Part shown: positions 59,773 through 64,000 of the stretch, piece by piece
How positions within the stretch are numbered: the first letter of the stretch is position 1
Layout: every line of letters begins with the position of its first letter
Assembly: GCA_028534125.1 (NCBI GenBank)
Contig: CM052817.1
Span: 50,532,001-50,596,000, forward strand
Direction of reading: 5' to 3'
DNA length: 64,000 nt
DNA from: Lama glama
Lineage: Eukaryota
The notes under the pieces: generated by a model
Database searches by the model: none
What the model saw: the letters and a program-made list of their open reading frames with translations, nothing else
Told to the model about the DNA's origin: nothing
Translations under genes and position numbers: made by a program

Positions 59773-62700
59773 TCCTACTATAAAGAGAAAACCTGAATTC
59801 TGAATATTGACTACCAAATATGTTTATCAGGGTTTAATGGGAACCTATCCCAATTAACATAAATGTAAAATGTTGAAACCTAGGATGTAGAAATAAAAGA
59901 GCCTCCAAGAAACTACCTAGTGCATGGCAGTTCAGTAAATTTGAATGCCATTTCTTACCAAAGACAAAAGAAATAAACAAATGTTTTCACATAGAGAAAG
60001 TCTGACTTCGAAAGGCAATTGAATGAAGTTACCTTTGTACAAGAACAGTTAACTTTGCTCAGATTTGATTGTGAGATACACCATCTTGAAGTTCATGTCA
60101 CTGACTAGTCGTATTAAAAATAACCCAAGGAAAAGGAGCTGCATTGATTGCTCTAATTGGACATTACTTGAAACTTGGCAGTGCCAAGCCTAGCTCCTCA
60201 GAAAAAGAGACCGAGCACCAGCATAATAGGTTTACTATTCCCTTTGGGTTGTTATAAACAGAATCAATATGTACTAATGACTACAGCAATAAATTTGGTC
60301 ATACTTCATAGGGTAACATTCTGCACTTACCCAGTTGTTGGTTTGACATAGAGTAATAGAGCTTACCCTTTTTTAAGTTGTAAATTACTATGAAAATGCT
60401 GAGCCTAACAGTAAAATGCATTTGTGATGTTTTTAAGCTTAGGAAATATTGGTAATACTTCCACTAAGCATACTATTAAAATAAATAAATAGTATTTATT
60501 GCTTAGTTCCCAGCTGCAGCTGGATGAAAAGCAGTGGAAAAGGAGAAGTAAGACATACATATTTATCAAATGCACAAGGCTCATGTTTACTTAATTCACT
60601 TCCAAAGAGTGGCTTACACCAGAGAACAAAAAGAGAGCTTTCTTTTTATTTCAGAGGTTCTTTTCAGTGAAGATGTTATGGAGGATGGTATGGATAGTTT
60701 TCAGTTGTTGTGTTAATTGAAAAACTAATATTTATAAAAGATTACCTATGATTTTTGCCCATCATTAATTTACTACTAGTTTTATGCTTTTTGGTTTAAG
60801 TTTATTGAGACTTATAGATAATGTTTTGGTCTCTCAGGTTAAGTGAAGAACTGGTCTCTCAGCATAAAGTGATATACCCACACATACACATAGAAATATA
60901 GGATATGGATATATGTGGATATATATGTCTACATATAAATTAGACTTATATATATATATATACACAATAGTATATTTATGTGTGTATTCAGAGATACCAT
61001 GAAATAAAGTAATTTTCAGTCTATATTTCATTATAATTAAAAATAATCTCTCTCTCACACACAATTTTCAATAAACTTGTGATTACTTTTGGTAAACAGA
61101 GGCATTGATTTGTCTAGATTTAATATGCTATAGAAATGATCACCCAGTCATACATATGATAGTAGGATGATGTGTGTGTGAGGTGTGTACACAAGCCAAT
61201 CTGTTATATTTTTATACCTTAGAGAAAGACTTGAAATCATTTCCTTTCCTTGAATACATGCATGATATGGGTAGCAAAGCAAAGAGAGTTTGCATAAGAA
61301 ATAGGAAAATCGTAAGAAGTCAATTTAGGAATAAAACTGAATTTCAGTGTTCACCATCTCATCGTCCTCCTGAGTAATTTTCATTACACTTTGTCTTTCT
61401 CTCACAAATTTGAAATGTGACCACATTTTTGCCTTGTATTATGTGATATGGGCATATGTCTTCTTATAGTAATATTTTGAGCATCCAAGGGCCTAGAAAA
61501 AGTTCTACATTTAAAAAATTTCTCAAGTACCTGGCACAGTTTTAGACATATAAAAATGTTTGATACATACTTTTCGAAGTCAAAATTATATAACATCTAG
61601 GCACATTGTTTGGATCTGACTTTAGGCATAAGCAGAAGAATTAAAGGGATGTTAGAGGTCAGTTAAAATAAAAAAGAATGGGGTGTGCATATCCAGCTTC
61701 TTCCTAATAATCAAAATTCTACAATTCTCTTTCAGTTCTTTGAGAGATATACTTATTTGAAATAATGTTAATGTTTTATTTAATATACCTTACTTAATTA
61801 TGTTTTGTTGATCCAAAAAGAATATCTAAGTTGTTTATGATGTTATGCAGTGAGCTACATAGAAGTATGCTGTGGGGAAAAAAAAAAAAACTGAATTGTG
61901 TCTGCCCTCTGATGAACCTATTTTACAACTGTTCCAGTTGCCTCTTTTTGAAATGAAGTCATTCCCATGAAATTCTAACCAGGCTATATGTTTTTATTAG
62001 GTACTGGAATACACTGTTAAGCATCCGGTTACTTTTGAGATTATGGCTTAACTGGGCAGAACAAGTATTTTCTTCTATCCAATCCACTGATTATCTACAA
62101 AAGAATTGTTTCATCATTCTGGTCACCATCCATCCTACGAGTGGTTTTGCATTCAAATGGTGATACTTCCTCATTAGTGTGGAGTCATTTGAGACTGAAA
62201 TTGCAGGTGGAGAGGTGTCTGTGTGGCATTAAATGTTGACAGATAGTTTCCCTGTAATGGGAAAGTGGAGTGAAGACTGTGTGCTGCCAAGTGAATTGGA
62301 AATGCAGATATTGAATCATTAATGGTTTAAAAAATAAAGCGTCTGATTCATCTAATTTTAGGAAATGTGCACTTTATGGACATCAGAATCTCATACTCTT
62401 TGAAAACATTTCAGGTAAACTCTGGATCTTGTCTAACAAAGAACTGTTTAAGGCTTTGAAATTTTTTATTTGTTTGTTTTTGGTCTTAATATTAGAAGCA
62501 TTGCAAATTAGTAGCATCAATGCCTGAGCACATTAGCTAAATATGTTCCAACTCTTCTCAGACCCTGTATGTGTGAAAGAGTTCTAGAATGCTTTCATAT
62601 AGATTGTGTGGCCTAACTGTATGCAACTTAGTATACATTTAGTAACATGGGCTTGAAAACAACATCTCTACTTGTATTCAGAATTAAGGCCTGGTTTCTA

Positions 62701-62946
62701 ATTATTCCAAGCTATCGAGGGAAGTTTGCCCATGGGTTATTTTAAAGCAGCTCTATCCCTGTCTTCCACAATTTGATGAATAACAGAGACACTAGATATG
62801 CTTCAAGAAAGTAGCAATACTCAATGCCTATAGTCATTTTTCCTATTACAGTTGTTTATATGCACACCTTACTCCTACTTAGGTTTTAATATATTCCGTA
62901 CTCCATAATATACTTCATTTATCCTAACTCCATTCTGGAATACCTG

Positions 62947-63180
62947 ACACAGTGCCACAGAAAGAATATTGACATGGGGATCAGGATGTCTGTATTTGAA
63001 TTCTAGATTTATCACTTTCTGGTTGTATAAACTTGAGAGACCCATTCAACCTCTCCAGTGCAATTTTATTATCCCTAAATTGAAGTTCCACACACTTATA
63101 AAAAATTAAAGAAGAGAGTTTATAGAAGAGTATCAGCATCATAAGTACAATATGCAGCACAAATTAAAGATACCGGCATT
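62947..63180 (+). mobile_element. MIR (MIRc/MIR3-like)
   Basis: gaaagaatattgacatggggatcagga...tttgaattctag...cattcaacctctc. Confidence 0.6.
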
Positions 63181-64000
63181 ATTACTGACACAAAGAGGAC
63201 AGTAACTACCTGATAAATTACATGTGGCTCCCAGGGGTCAGTGGAGCTCTGCAGATTGTTAAGTCTCCGCTGACTTGACCATTTTCAACACTGAGGCTAA
63301 AATATGTAATGTCACTGCAACTTGATTATAGTGTTATATGGGCCCTACTTATTTTGACACTCTGGTAAATGGCAGTTCTATTTAAACTGGGGGAGACTGT
63401 CAGAGAACAAAGCCAGTTCTGTGCCTACAGCAACTCCCAACAATGAATTAATGGTCTATCTATAGTACTAGCACGCAGTCTATTTAAATTGGATAGATGA
63501 CTCCTTTTCCTGAAACCCATCTGCAGCAGTGTATAAAGGAATGTAATTTGACTGAATAACATAAATCTCCCTCTGCTGAGATCCTTTGTTCAAGTCAGTT
63601 GGTTTTTCTGCTTGAGGCTGGCTGGTAGACAACTCAATCTATCACTCATGTTTATTCATATCTTAATGCTATCTATATGCTTACTTTAAAATCTCAGGGT
63701 GAAAGTGGATCCTTGATACCGTACATTCCTGTAACGAAAGAAATAATTCATTTGCTATGGTCATTTCTACCATGAGGCTTCTAGAAAAATTTTGCCAGGA
63801 TTATGGGTTTCTCAATGGCAGCACCACTCAATTAAGACCAAACACACTTTTGGTTTGTTTGTATATTTTGAAATGAACACACAACTTCCTACCAACACAA
63901 AACTTACTACTTTCACCACACAAGAAATCCAGTGGTACTTCCAAACTGAATTTCTTATAACTCTTTATATGGAGTAAGAAACTACATAGAAACTGTATAT

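Noticed and set aside
1..64000. A novel multi-gene or prokaryote-style system, or an identifiable host gene
   Set aside because: No intact coding genes, CpG island, RNA gene or array was found. The host locus cannot be named from the sequence alone.

Overview
AT-rich, CpG-poor mammalian non-coding DNA (a large intron or gene desert), with a 500-N assembly gap at 7235-7734. Two tRNA-derived SINEs with the head GGGTATAGCTCAGTGGTAGAG...GGTTCAATCC resemble the camelid Vic-1 SINE. Together with cetartiodactyl-type L1 3' ends and a MER41-type LTR, this points to a camelid (alpaca/camel) genome; this is inference. I can support no host protein-coding gene: the ORF-track entries are L1 ORF2 debris, LTR or simple-repeat artefacts, or gap artefacts. 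A large share of the window is transposon fossils (L1, L2, MIR, MLT1/MaLR, ERV LTRs, hAT and Tigger DNA elements). The most notable items are: (1) a ~1.4 kb Mutator (MULE/MuDR) fossil with ~110-bp terminal inverted repeats, a degenerate 9-bp TSD and a readable transposase remnant, itself invaded by a MER41-like LTR; (2) a 295-bp, young-looking solo LTR with a perfect 5-bp TSD, inside an MLT1 LTR that also hosts a second MLT1; (3) two clear and one probable 5'-inverted (twin-primed) L1 insertions; (4) a 124-bp near-perfect tandem duplication in an old L1; (5) several repeat-free, motif-dense blocks that may be conserved enhancers, plus one candidate 150-nt exon. Family names come from recalled consensus features, not database searches, and boundaries of old repeats are approximate. 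I found no convincing new multi-gene system.
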